A stretch of 61,813 bases of DNA, counting the filler. It is 4 parts of 4 records of this genome, joined end to end, with 100 filler letters (N's around TTAATTAATTAA, not from the genome) between each part and the next. Parts side by side here need not be neighbours in the genome. Positions count along the whole stretch, not along the records: positions 50,550 to 61,813 come from SRR20825019_298; 3 more parts are not named here. One strand, written 5' to 3'. Position numbers and translations under genes: made by a program. This document shows, piece by piece, positions 50,772-60,209 of this stretch. Each line of letters opens with the position of its first letter. The stretch's first letter is position 1. The notes beneath the pieces are model-generated. The model was not told the DNA's origin, did not search any database, and worked only from the letters and a program-made list of their open reading frames with translations.

Positions 50772-51298
50772 TCTGCGCCCTCCGCCAGATCAATGGGAAC
50801 AAAACGTCCCTGATCGCGAAGTGCGACCAGCAACAGCTGAATGGCAGCAAGAAGTGACGCAACCGGCACCGCCGCATAAGGCAGTGCCAGCGTCATGCCA
50901 AAAATCATCGCCTGACGGCGCATACCGCCCACGGCAAAATCAAAGCCATAAATCGCCAGATACAGAAACGCACACAGCGCAATCAGATCGACACAGAACA
51001 GAACCGTGCGCTGAACCGGCTTTGGCGTATTAAGGATAAACATCCCGATGCCGATATGTTCACGCCGCGCAATCCCGGCCGATACCGCCAAAAGCGCAGC
51101 CCAGATCATCAGATAGCGCGCAAGCTCCTCGGGCCAGGGCAGTTGCCAGTGAAAAATGTATCGATCAATCACGCCCAGCCAGACATCCAGCACAAGGGCC
51201 AGCATCAGGACGGCAATCACTCGTTCGACCAGCCAGTTTAACGACCGGCTGATCATTGCGGCTGTGGTTTCAACACGGCGCAGCGCCATCTTACTCAA
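50768..51298 (-). CDS. TRAP transporter small permease (DctQ)
   Basis: RYIF....PWPEELARYLMIW, EHIGI, four TMs. Confidence 0.92.
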   Translation of the reverse strand: MSKMALRRVETTAAMISRSLNWLVERVIAVLMLALVLDVWLGVIDRYIFHWQLPWPEELARYLMIWAALLAVSAGIARREHIGIGMFILNTPKPVQRTVLFCVDLIALCAFLYLAIYGFDFAVGGMRRQAMIFGMTLALPYAAVPVASLLAAIQLLLVALRDQGRFVPIDLAEGAE

Positions 51299-51321
51299 TC
51301 TCTCCGCTGATGAATGTTTTG

Positions 51322-51440
51322 TGTAATTTTTCTACACATTGAGGATATTTTTGTAGCTTGTCTACATATTTTTGCACCATAATCTTAGATATCACCCCAA
51401 ATGTTCCGAGACGAATGATATTATAGGTAGTTAAACTACA
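51322..51440. promoter_or_regulatory. Three RpiR/HexR-like operator palindromes
   Basis: TGTAATTTTTCTACA (51322-51336), TGTAGCTTGTCTACA (51352-51366), GGTAGTTAAACTACA (51426-51440). Confidence 0.7.
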
Positions 51441-51664
51441 TTTTTACCTATATTATTGGGTCACCTGCCCAAAACCACCGTAAGACAACAACGGCGATCA
51501 AGCATTTCGGCAATCAACGCCCTACCCGCTTTGCGGTTAAATCCGGCAGGATGGGCAATCTCGGGATCAAGATCGCAGCTATCGCCTGCAAACTGAAAAA
51601 GTGATATTTATCAGCGGGGTGTTGGCAACAACACCTCATATTCGAAAATGATCGGAACGCTTGC

Positions 51665-52549
51665 ATGCAACCTACTGTCGATATCATCAGCCTCCTGCGT
51701 CGAAAGGCCGGAACCTTTCCCGCACGCGAACAACGGGTTGCCGACTACGTTCAGGATCATTTGCAGGACGTCACCACCATCGCGCTTTCTGATCTTGCGC
51801 AAAAGGTCGGCGTCAGCGAACCGACCGTGATCCGGTTTTGCCGGACCCTTGGGTGCGACGGGTTTCGTGATTTCAAAATACGGCTGGCGCAGAACCTTGC
51901 CGTCAGCATGCAATACCTGGCCCCCGAAGACCTTGCCGACGACACAACAGCCGCCGACGTGCTTTCCAATCACGTGCTGGGCGTGATTGTCGATAACCTG
52001 CGCCTTTTGCGTGAACAGCTTTCAAGTACTGAAATCGACAAGGCCGCCGATATTCTGGCCAATGCCCGCCAGATCGCCTTTATGGGCGTTGGCGGCGGCT
52101 CAACCACGGTTGCCTTTGATGCCGCCAACCGGTTTTTCCGGCTTGGCATTCCCGCACAGGCACAAAGTGATGGTTACCTTCAGCGCATGCTGGCCTCAAC
52201 CTTTGGCGAGGAAGATGTGCTTTTTGCCATTTCCACCAGCGGCCGACCGACCGAACTGATCCACAGTGCCGCCATTGCCCGCCAATATGGCGCAAAGGTC
52301 ATCTCCATGACCCACCCGCAAAGTCCGCTTGCCGCCGAAAGCGACCTTGTGATTGGCATTGATATGCCTGAAAACCCTGATATTTATAAGCCAACGGCCA
52401 CCCGGCACGTTTTTCTGGCAACCATCGATATCATTGCCACTGCGGTTGCCCGGCGCACGCCGGACCGAACGCTTGAAAAACTTCGCCGGATCAGGTCATC
52501 TTTGCTGACTCTCAATCCGCCGACAGGTCGCCAGCCCATCGGCGACTAA
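51665..52549 (+). CDS. RpiR/HexR-family transcriptional regulator (HTH + SIS)
   Basis: LAQKVGVSEPTVIRFCRTLGCDGFRDFK, G.GGS, ISTSG. Confidence 0.95.
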   Translation: MQPTVDIISLLRRKAGTFPAREQRVADYVQDHLQDVTTIALSDLAQKVGVSEPTVIRFCRTLGCDGFRDFKIRLAQNLAVSMQYLAPEDLADDTTAADVLSNHVLGVIVDNLRLLREQLSSTEIDKAADILANARQIAFMGVGGGSTTVAFDAANRFFRLGIPAQAQSDGYLQRMLASTFGEEDVLFAISTSGRPTELIHSAAIARQYGAKVISMTHPQSPLAAESDLVIGIDMPENPDIYKPTATRHVFLATIDIIATAVARRTPDRTLEKLRRIRSSLLTLNPPTGRQPIGD

Positions 52550-52576
52550 TCACGCCACCATCCCATCGAGGCCCCA

Positions 52577-53527
52577 ATGACCCGTACTGCCTTTATCGGC
52601 GAATGCATGATCGAGCTTGCCGGAACATCCCCCGGCAGCATTTTTGGCGCGGCGAACCTTGGCTTTGCCGGGGATACGCTAAATGGTGCGACCTATATGG
52701 CACGCACCAGCCGCCTGCTTGCAGCGCCTGATACAGATGTTGCCTTCATCACGGCATTGGGGACCGACCCCTATAGCGATGCGATGATTGCCGCGTGGCA
52801 GCACGACAATATCGACACATCACTGGTCCGCCGGATCGATGGCGCCCTGCCCGGTCTTTATGCCATTCAGACCGATGAAACCGGCGAACGCAGCTTTTCC
52901 TACTGGCGCAATGATGCCGCGGCCAAACAGATGCTTCAGGGCGGCCACGATGCCGTGTTGCGCGATGCGCTTCGCGGGTTTGACTGCCTTTATCTTTCGG
53001 GGATCACGCTTGCGATTCTGTCGGAAAAGGATCGCAAAACCCTGATCGATATCGCTGCAAACTTCGCCAAACAGGGCGGCAAGGTCTGCTTTGACACCAA
53101 TCATCGCCCGCGCCTTTGGTCCGATCAGGACATTGCAATGGCAACCTATCTGGCGATGGCCCCCCATTGCCACACCGTCCTGCCGACATTTGATGACGAC
53201 AGCGCGCTATTTGGTGACGCCACCCCCGATGCCACGGCCAACCGCTGGCATGCGCTTGGCGCAACAGAAGTCGTTGTAAAATGCGGCGGCGAACCAACCT
53301 TTTATTCGATCAAGGATGGTGAAACCGGCACCGTCACACCGCCCAAGGTCACTGATATCATCGATACGACATCGGCCGGGGATTCGTTTAACGGATCATA
53401 CCTTGCTGCCCGCAATGCCGGGCGTGACGTGCCCGCCGCGATTGCGGTTGCGCAAAAGGTTGCCGGCCGCGTGATTTCACGGCGCGGTGCGCTTGTTGAT
53501 ATCAGCGATATCAAACTCGATCAGTAA
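52577..53527 (+). CDS. kdgK: PfkB sugar kinase, 2-dehydro-3-deoxygluconokinase-like
   Basis: IGECMIEL, GDTLN.A.Y, GERSFSYWR, FDTNHRPRLW, DTTSAGDSFNG. Confidence 0.9.
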   Translation: MTRTAFIGECMIELAGTSPGSIFGAANLGFAGDTLNGATYMARTSRLLAAPDTDVAFITALGTDPYSDAMIAAWQHDNIDTSLVRRIDGALPGLYAIQTDETGERSFSYWRNDAAAKQMLQGGHDAVLRDALRGFDCLYLSGITLAILSEKDRKTLIDIAANFAKQGGKVCFDTNHRPRLWSDQDIAMATYLAMAPHCHTVLPTFDDDSALFGDATPDATANRWHALGATEVVVKCGGEPTFYSIKDGETGTVTPPKVTDIIDTTSAGDSFNGSYLAARNAGRDVPAAIAVAQKVAGRVISRRGALVDISDIKLDQ

Positions 53528-56500
53528 TCCAGCCGGAACTGAACGCCAGCCTTGCTGTCGATTTCGGTGGTTTCACTGGTGACACTGATATTTGGTGTCA
53601 ATTCAATCTCAACCTCGACCCCGCTTGACCCCGGGGTCGTTCCGGTCTTGGTCCCGACATAGACCCCGTCCGTCAGGTATTTTCCCACCTTGACGTTCGG
53701 GCCGTCTTCGCCGCCGCCCACCTGCAAAACATCAGCCCCGATAAAGCGGCGGATCGACCCAACAATATCAAGGCCACCGCCACCACCCGAAAGCTCGTTC
53801 ACCGCACTGGCAAGCTGCACGGCCTCAATCGCACTCAGGCTGCCTTGGGACTTGCCAAACAGGACCTGCGACAGGATTTCATCCTCCGGTAGGGACGGAT
53901 TGGATGTCAGAACCAGTTCCGGGTCGCTTGCCGGGCCTTGGAACCCGGCGGTTACGGTCAGATCATCAGTGGTATAAACCCCTGCGATATCGAGTAACGG
54001 ATCGGGCGGTGTCGCACCGGAAAACGTGATCTTGGAATCCTTGATCACGAATGTCTTGCCAATGATATCAAGCTGCCCGCGAAGCGCCTGCAATTGCCCG
54101 ACAATGATCGGCTCTGCAGTTGTCCCGCTGATATCAAGCTTGCCACCCCATTCGGAATCAAGCCCCCGCCCGCGCACAAACAAACGCCCCGGAATATCAA
54201 CCGTCACGTCAAGATTGCCGACAAAACCCGATGCGGCGTTTTTCTTTTCCTCTTCTTCCTCACGCTGCCTGGAATCTTCGATATTCTCGACATCAAGCGT
54301 CGAGACCGACACTGGCAGCGCAAGGGTCAGGTCGACTTCGCCACGGCGCAGCGTCACGTTGCTTTGGATATCAGCAGTCTGTTCGGTTCCGGTAACAGAT
54401 GCCGTCACATCAGCCCAGAATTGCAGTTCATCCTTACGCGACAGGGCTGCGTTATCAACCTTAAGCTCCGCCTTGTAGCTGACAAGCGGATCGCCACCCA
54501 ACGTCACCTCGGCCGCCCCGCTAATCCGGCCATTGCCGCCATCGGTTGCCGAGATTTCCGAAACCCGCAAACCGTTCTGATCAAAATCGCCATTGATCGT
54601 GATCTGCTTTAACAGCGTGCCATATTCCAGATGCTCATACGCCCCACCCGAAAGGGCGATGTTGCCATTCCAGTCAAGCGCATCGAGTGTACCCTTGGCA
54701 ACCACATCAAGTTTGAGATTGCCAGACATGACATGATCAGGGGCTGGGACATAAGGCCAGAATTGCGCGATTTCGCCATCAACCTTGACCAGCGCATCAA
54801 TCGGAGCCACCAGATCAAGGGTGTAATCCTGTTTGAGTATGGAAATACCAAGCGGCACGGTGCCGCGCGCCTCTACAATCTGGGCCTCATCATTGCCAAG
54901 GGTCGCATTGCCATCGAACTGACCGTCACGCAACGCCAGATCAAGCACCATTTCAAATGGCTTCAGGTCCTTGACCGCGACGGTCGTGATCTTGCCAATC
55001 CCGCCCGAAACGGTCGCCACCGGCAGTTCCCCGGTACGTTCCGACATCTCAGCGGTGATATTCATTGTGCCGTCCAGCCCGCTCAGGCCAAACATCTCTC
55101 CCCACGGGCCTAGTACCAGCTCGGAAATCTGCGCTTCGGCCGCAAAGCTTTTCTTTGGCGTCAGATCAAGCTTGGCAATCACCTGCCCCGCGCCGACATT
55201 CAATGCCGCATCAAGCTTCTGCTGCCCTTTGCCAGTTTGACTAAACAGCAATGGTTCACGAAGGGCGATGTTCTGGCTGCCGATATTGATATCAAGCTGA
55301 TCGGCACGAACATTGATGCCATCCGAAAGCCCAAGTTCGACGGTGCTATCGAGTTTAATCGGAATAGTGTCGCGAAGCTGACCATTGGCATTCGTCGCAA
55401 TTCCAATGGCCGAAAGATCGCCGGAAATCTCGGTCTGCAACTCATTAATCGCAAGCGGCGCAAAACGAATATCACGCCCGTTCAGGGTCAAATCAAAACC
55501 GGGCTTTTCAAACGCGTTCAGGATCGAACCGGCAAGAACGATTTCTTCGATTGCGGGCGGCTCTGTCCCTTCTTCGGCGGCAAGCCGAATGCCTTTGATG
55601 TTCGCATTCACATCAATCTGCTGCTGGCCCGATTTCGGCACAAACGCCACATCGGCGGTTAGCGCACCATTCGTCACCGACGCCCCGAAATCCGACAGCA
55701 TCACCGCATCGAGTTTACGCACCGAAAGCTTGCCACGCATCGGCACCGCGTAATCTGGCAACATCAGGCTACCGACAAGCTCAAGCCGCTCACCGCTCAG
55801 GGCAATGTTATCCACCCGCAACCCATCGGCGGGCAAAACCACATCTGCCGCCAGATCGTAATTGCGCCCCATCAAGGCAAACCCGGCCTTGTTGATCAAC
55901 GATAATACCGCCTGATCGGACCAGCGCATTTCGCTCACAAGATCAAGTTTTTCAAACTTCTGCCCACCGGCCAAAACCGATGGCGTTGAAAGTTTGATGG
56001 TCCCGACCGGTGCCGCGATATCCCCATCAAGATTGATCGCAACCGTCGCCGGGGCGATGGAAACACCGATATCAGGTGGCACCACGCCGGGCTGAACCGA
56101 GAGTTCAGATTTAACCGACAAATTACTGAATTCATTTGAAATATCGATCTGCACCGGGCCGGAAACCATCGCCGCGGCAATCTGATCAAGCGTGATCGAC
56201 AGATCAAATGCATCATTAACCGCAAGCTTGCCGTCAATGGTCGGCGCAGCCCCGACAATACGATCAAGATCGGCAATGCCAAACCCGGCCTGATCGGCCT
56301 TGATTGCAATATTCGCCGTCCCGCCCTGCTCAACCGACCATGCCAGATCGCGTATCGCAACCTGCCCCGTCCCGGTCAGATCAAGCCCCGAGATCGGTGC
56401 AAAAATCGCAAGATCACGGATATCGGCAATCAATTCGCCATCCGTCACCGCCATCACGTCATTGATATCGGTCTTGCCGTCAACCGAAATGCCCGGCGTT

Positions 56501-57939
56501 GTGATATTGATGTTGCCAAGTGCAAAATTGCTGAAATCCGGTGCGATTGCCGCATCAAGGGCAACCTGCTGCGCATTGCCCAGCATCGCACCAAGATCGG
56601 CATCCTGCCAGTCATTGCCCGAAACATCGACCCGGCTTTGAACAGAAAACCCGTCCTCATCACCACGAAGATCGGCATCAAGTGCCAGCGTCGCGATGGT
56701 TGATACCGGCGTTACGACCTTATCCCCACGCAGCATCACCGTCACATCAGGCAATTCAAGCGGCCCTTCGGCATGGGCGGTCACATCAAGCCCGCCCCAT
56801 GTCACGGCATCCTCGATCAGGGCCGATGTCGCCGGATCAATATCCCCGTGCAGATCGGCCAGAAGAGTACTCTCATCAAAATCGATTTCCGCCGTCGCGC
56901 CAATCGTCGCAAGCCCGGATTTCGCGATATCGCCGCGCGTGACCGAAAGGATATTGGCATCCGCATCAAACTGCCCGCCAATGCCCAAATCAAGATCACC
57001 CTGCAACGGGTCGGGAAGCTGATCGGCCAGTTCTCCCTGCGTTGCCAGAACACCATCAAGGTCAAACCCGATCCGGCTTTCATCAAGCCGCAAGCCCAAA
57101 TCACCGCCAAGCGTCACAAGGTCACTTGCCGCAAGTTCAATCCGCCCTTTCCAGCCTGTCGCCGGGCCATCACCCTTCAGGCTGATCGTGATATTTGGCG
57201 CATCTTCGGGTGCCAACCCGGCAAGGGTCATGACCAAGCCTGCACGATCAAGCTCGCCTTCGATATCGGCCTTTAATCGCTGCGCATCGGCGTCAAGATC
57301 AAGCTCGACACGCAGCCGGTCAATGCTGTCATCAAGCGGTTGCAGATCAAGTGACAAGACCGCTTCAAGGTTTTCGCGAATTGCCGCACTGGCGCTTAGA
57401 CCATATTCAAAGCTTTTGCCGCTGGCAGGGTCGGAAATACGCACATTGCCAAGCGCCAGTTTGCCAAGCTCGATGGCCAATGGCGGCGCAAAACCGCCTG
57501 ATGCGGCCTCTTCGTCCTCTGCCGTTTCATCTACGCCCGACATATCGGGCAAGACCACATCAATCGCGACACTTTCAATCCGATCAATCCGAAGCGTCCC
57601 ACCCAAAAGGGCCAGCGGGGACCAGTCAAACCCGAACTGACTGACATCCACGGCCAAGCCGGATGACGGCATCGACATCGACAAACGATCAAGCGAAAGC
57701 CCCGTCCAAAGGCTGCCCTCGATCCGGCCCAGTTCGAAATCGCCCTCTATCGTCTTTGCAACCGTAGTGTTTAACCACGGCGTTAGCGCACGCAATACCG
57801 GCCCGGTCCCCGCAATACCGACAATCAGGATCACGGTCAGCAAAAGGCATATGAACGCAATCGTGCCACGCCGCACCCATTTGGCGACCTTTCCGCGTTT
57901 GGTGGCTCTCGATGGTTTCGGATTTTCAGGCGACGTCAA
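53521..57939 (-). CDS. tamB: Translocation/assembly module TamB
   Basis: N-terminal TM, long beta-rich body, LFVRGRGLDSEWGG, PSLPEDEILSQVLFG, GKYL; follows tamA. Confidence 0.93.
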   Translation of the reverse strand: MTSPENPKPSRATKRGKVAKWVRRGTIAFICLLLTVILIVGIAGTGPVLRALTPWLNTTVAKTIEGDFELGRIEGSLWTGLSLDRLSMSMPSSGLAVDVSQFGFDWSPLALLGGTLRIDRIESVAIDVVLPDMSGVDETAEDEEAASGGFAPPLAIELGKLALGNVRISDPASGKSFEYGLSASAAIRENLEAVLSLDLQPLDDSIDRLRVELDLDADAQRLKADIEGELDRAGLVMTLAGLAPEDAPNITISLKGDGPATGWKGRIELAASDLVTLGGDLGLRLDESRIGFDLDGVLATQGELADQLPDPLQGDLDLGIGGQFDADANILSVTRGDIAKSGLATIGATAEIDFDESTLLADLHGDIDPATSALIEDAVTWGGLDVTAHAEGPLELPDVTVMLRGDKVVTPVSTIATLALDADLRGDEDGFSVQSRVDVSGNDWQDADLGAMLGNAQQVALDAAIAPDFSNFALGNINITTPGISVDGKTDINDVMAVTDGELIADIRDLAIFAPISGLDLTGTGQVAIRDLAWSVEQGGTANIAIKADQAGFGIADLDRIVGAAPTIDGKLAVNDAFDLSITLDQIAAAMVSGPVQIDISNEFSNLSVKSELSVQPGVVPPDIGVSIAPATVAINLDGDIAAPVGTIKLSTPSVLAGGQKFEKLDLVSEMRWSDQAVLSLINKAGFALMGRNYDLAADVVLPADGLRVDNIALSGERLELVGSLMLPDYAVPMRGKLSVRKLDAVMLSDFGASVTNGALTADVAFVPKSGQQQIDVNANIKGIRLAAEEGTEPPAIEEIVLAGSILNAFEKPGFDLTLNGRDIRFAPLAINELQTEISGDLSAIGIATNANGQLRDTIPIKLDSTVELGLSDGINVRADQLDINIGSQNIALREPLLFSQTGKGQQKLDAALNVGAGQVIAKLDLTPKKSFAAEAQISELVLGPWGEMFGLSGLDGTMNITAEMSERTGELPVATVSGGIGKITTVAVKDLKPFEMVLDLALRDGQFDGNATLGNDEAQIVEARGTVPLGISILKQDYTLDLVAPIDALVKVDGEIAQFWPYVPAPDHVMSGNLKLDVVAKGTLDALDWNGNIALSGGAYEHLEYGTLLKQITINGDFDQNGLRVSEISATDGGNGRISGAAEVTLGGDPLVSYKAELKVDNAALSRKDELQFWADVTASVTGTEQTADIQSNVTLRRGEVDLTLALPVSVSTLDVENIEDSRQREEEEEKKNAASGFVGNLDVTVDIPGRLFVRGRGLDSEWGGKLDISGTTAEPIIVGQLQALRGQLDIIGKTFVIKDSKITFSGATPPDPLLDIAGVYTTDDLTVTAGFQGPASDPELVLTSNPSLPEDEILSQVLFGKSQGSLSAIEAVQLASAVNELSGGGGGLDIVGSIRRFIGADVLQVGGGEDGPNVKVGKYLTDGVYVGTKTGTTPGSSGVEVEIELTPNISVTSETTEIDSKAGVQFRLDY

Positions 57940-59954
57940 AATGCTTGTCCAAGGCTAAGATAAATCTGGAAATCGTCATCAACATTGTCACGCTTATCAA
58001 GCGGCACGGCGACATCAAAACGAAGCGGCCCGACCGCCGTGTAATAACGAAAACCAAGCCCTGCCGCCCAAAGCAGATCAAGGTCTTCGGGGTCACTTGC
58101 CTCAAACACGTTGCCGCCTTCGATGAATGGCACGATGCCAAAGCTTTCCGTCAGACGTGCGCGGAATTCGATCCCGGCTTCAAGCACCGAACGCCCGCCA
58201 AGCGGATCACCATCCTCATCAATCGGCCCGACTTTCTGATATTCGTAACCGCGCACCGATCCGCCGCCACCGGAATAAAACCGTTTGTTGGCCGGAAGGT
58301 CCGATCTGTCTTCGCCGATGATCATCCCGGCACGCCCCCGCCCCGCGATGACATAATCGCCTTCTTCGTCAAAGGCATAATATTGCGACCCGTTCAATGA
58401 AACGGATGTGAATTGCGCGCTCGGGCCGCTCAGACTGCTATAGGGCGATAGGTTGAATTCAAGCCGGTTGCCCTCGGTCGGATCAAGCGGATTATCGGTG
58501 CTGTCGCGCCGCAAAACACCCCGTAACCCGCCAAGATAGAATTGCTCATTGGGCGAATCTGCCCCCGTCAGGTCGGAATATTCCGCCGTTGGGCCAAGCG
58601 TAACCGACCAGTAATCGCCAAACTTGCGTTCAATACCGACAAAGCTTTCGACCAGTTCGCCGTCATAGGCATCCGTGCTGTAACTCTTGGCCGAAGCATC
58701 CGCGACCAGCGCCTGACGCCGCTTAAGAAACTGCGGCTTGCGGAATGCAGCTTCAAGGCCCTGGCTTTGCCCCGACCCTTCGATACCAAGTCTGAGCCGT
58801 TCGCCCGCCCCGAACAGATTGCGGTTTTCCCAGAATGCATTCGCCCCCGGCCCGTCGGCAGTTGAAAAATCAACCCCGCCACCAATCGTGCGATGTTTGC
58901 GTTCGTGCACTTCGATCTCGATGGGGATTTCACCATTTTCGGCAACCGGCCCGACCGGTTTGACGATCACACTGTCAAACAGGTTGGATTGCGCCAGATC
59001 GCGGCGCGTCGTTTTGACTTCTTCGGGGGAATATTTCTGCCCTGGTTTCCAACTGCGATAACCGGCGATGAAATCCTCATCAACACTTTCAGCCCCTTTG
59101 ACATTGACCTTGCCAAAATTGGCTTGCGCACCGGTGATCAGTTCATAGGTCACCGAAATGGTCTTTTCGGTGGTATTGGCGATCACGGTTCGCTTGCCCG
59201 CTTCCACCAATGGATAACCTCGATCACGCATGATATCGACGGCATATTGTTCGGCCAGAATAATCGGATCTGCGGCTGCACGCTGTCCAAGGTGCAAATT
59301 CGACCGCTCAAGCTCCTCATCCGTGGCCTCGCGTTTGGTCGTATGGTCCGGACGGACAATTGAAAATTTCACTTCAGACAGAAGATAGGGCTGCTTGACG
59401 TCGACCTGATAAATCAGATCGACCGGATCAGGTTGTTCCCCACCCGCCGGAGCGCCAGCAGCCGGCTCGCTTGTCGCGCTGACAACGTCATCGCCATCGC
59501 CGCCATTTTCGTCGTCCGATATGGTCGGATCATCGGGTTCGGCCTTGCGGATATTGAACGCGACCTGCCCGTCATAAAACCCGAAGGCCCGCAAAACGGT
59601 CTCGAACCGCTCCACATCATCCTCCGCCCGGCGCTCAAGCCCGGCAAGTGATGGCGTGGGACGCGATTGCAACCGGATCGATGTGCTGACTTCGCGCAAC
59701 GCATTGATCAGCTTTTCCTCCTGCGGATCAATACCTTCTATCTTGACCTGATAGGGGATCTGGACACCCAACACATCCTGTGCTGCACTATCGCTGTCCT
59801 TACCGAACCCAAATTCGGATAAGACACCATCCCCTGAACATCCCGAAACGGCTGACCCCATCAGCAGAACAGACACAACACCAATGCCACGCAGTCTGGA
59901 TTTGCGGCTGTAGCGTTTACCCCTGTTCACCAAAGACGTCCCCAATATTTTCAC
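57936..59954 (-). CDS. tamA: TamA (Omp85 family)
   Basis: POTRA-like region; RFYSGGGGSVRGY, GLGFRYYT.VGPLRFDVA.PL, terminal LGQAF. Confidence 0.95.
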   Translation of the reverse strand: MKILGTSLVNRGKRYSRKSRLRGIGVVSVLLMGSAVSGCSGDGVLSEFGFGKDSDSAAQDVLGVQIPYQVKIEGIDPQEEKLINALREVSTSIRLQSRPTPSLAGLERRAEDDVERFETVLRAFGFYDGQVAFNIRKAEPDDPTISDDENGGDGDDVVSATSEPAAGAPAGGEQPDPVDLIYQVDVKQPYLLSEVKFSIVRPDHTTKREATDEELERSNLHLGQRAAADPIILAEQYAVDIMRDRGYPLVEAGKRTVIANTTEKTISVTYELITGAQANFGKVNVKGAESVDEDFIAGYRSWKPGQKYSPEEVKTTRRDLAQSNLFDSVIVKPVGPVAENGEIPIEIEVHERKHRTIGGGVDFSTADGPGANAFWENRNLFGAGERLRLGIEGSGQSQGLEAAFRKPQFLKRRQALVADASAKSYSTDAYDGELVESFVGIERKFGDYWSVTLGPTAEYSDLTGADSPNEQFYLGGLRGVLRRDSTDNPLDPTEGNRLEFNLSPYSSLSGPSAQFTSVSLNGSQYYAFDEEGDYVIAGRGRAGMIIGEDRSDLPANKRFYSGGGGSVRGYEYQKVGPIDEDGDPLGGRSVLEAGIEFRARLTESFGIVPFIEGGNVFEASDPEDLDLLWAAGLGFRYYTAVGPLRFDVAVPLDKRDNVDDDFQIYLSLGQAF

Positions 59955-60209
59955 TCGGTCCCGATAGACTTATGCAACGGTCGGCTGCATTCGTCGCGCA
60001 GTCCGATCCATTTATTGTTTTAAGGCACTTGCCAAGCGCCTGCCATCTTTTCATTCTATACACTGGTCGAAGACGCCAAGGCTCAGAAAGCATGAAATAA
60101 TGGCATGGCTGTGATCGTTAAACGCACTTGTCATAAAAATGTGCCCGGCTTACTCGAAGTTGAAGGCTATTTTTTTGCCATTGCCACCCAAAAAGCCGGA
60201 GGCCCCTAA

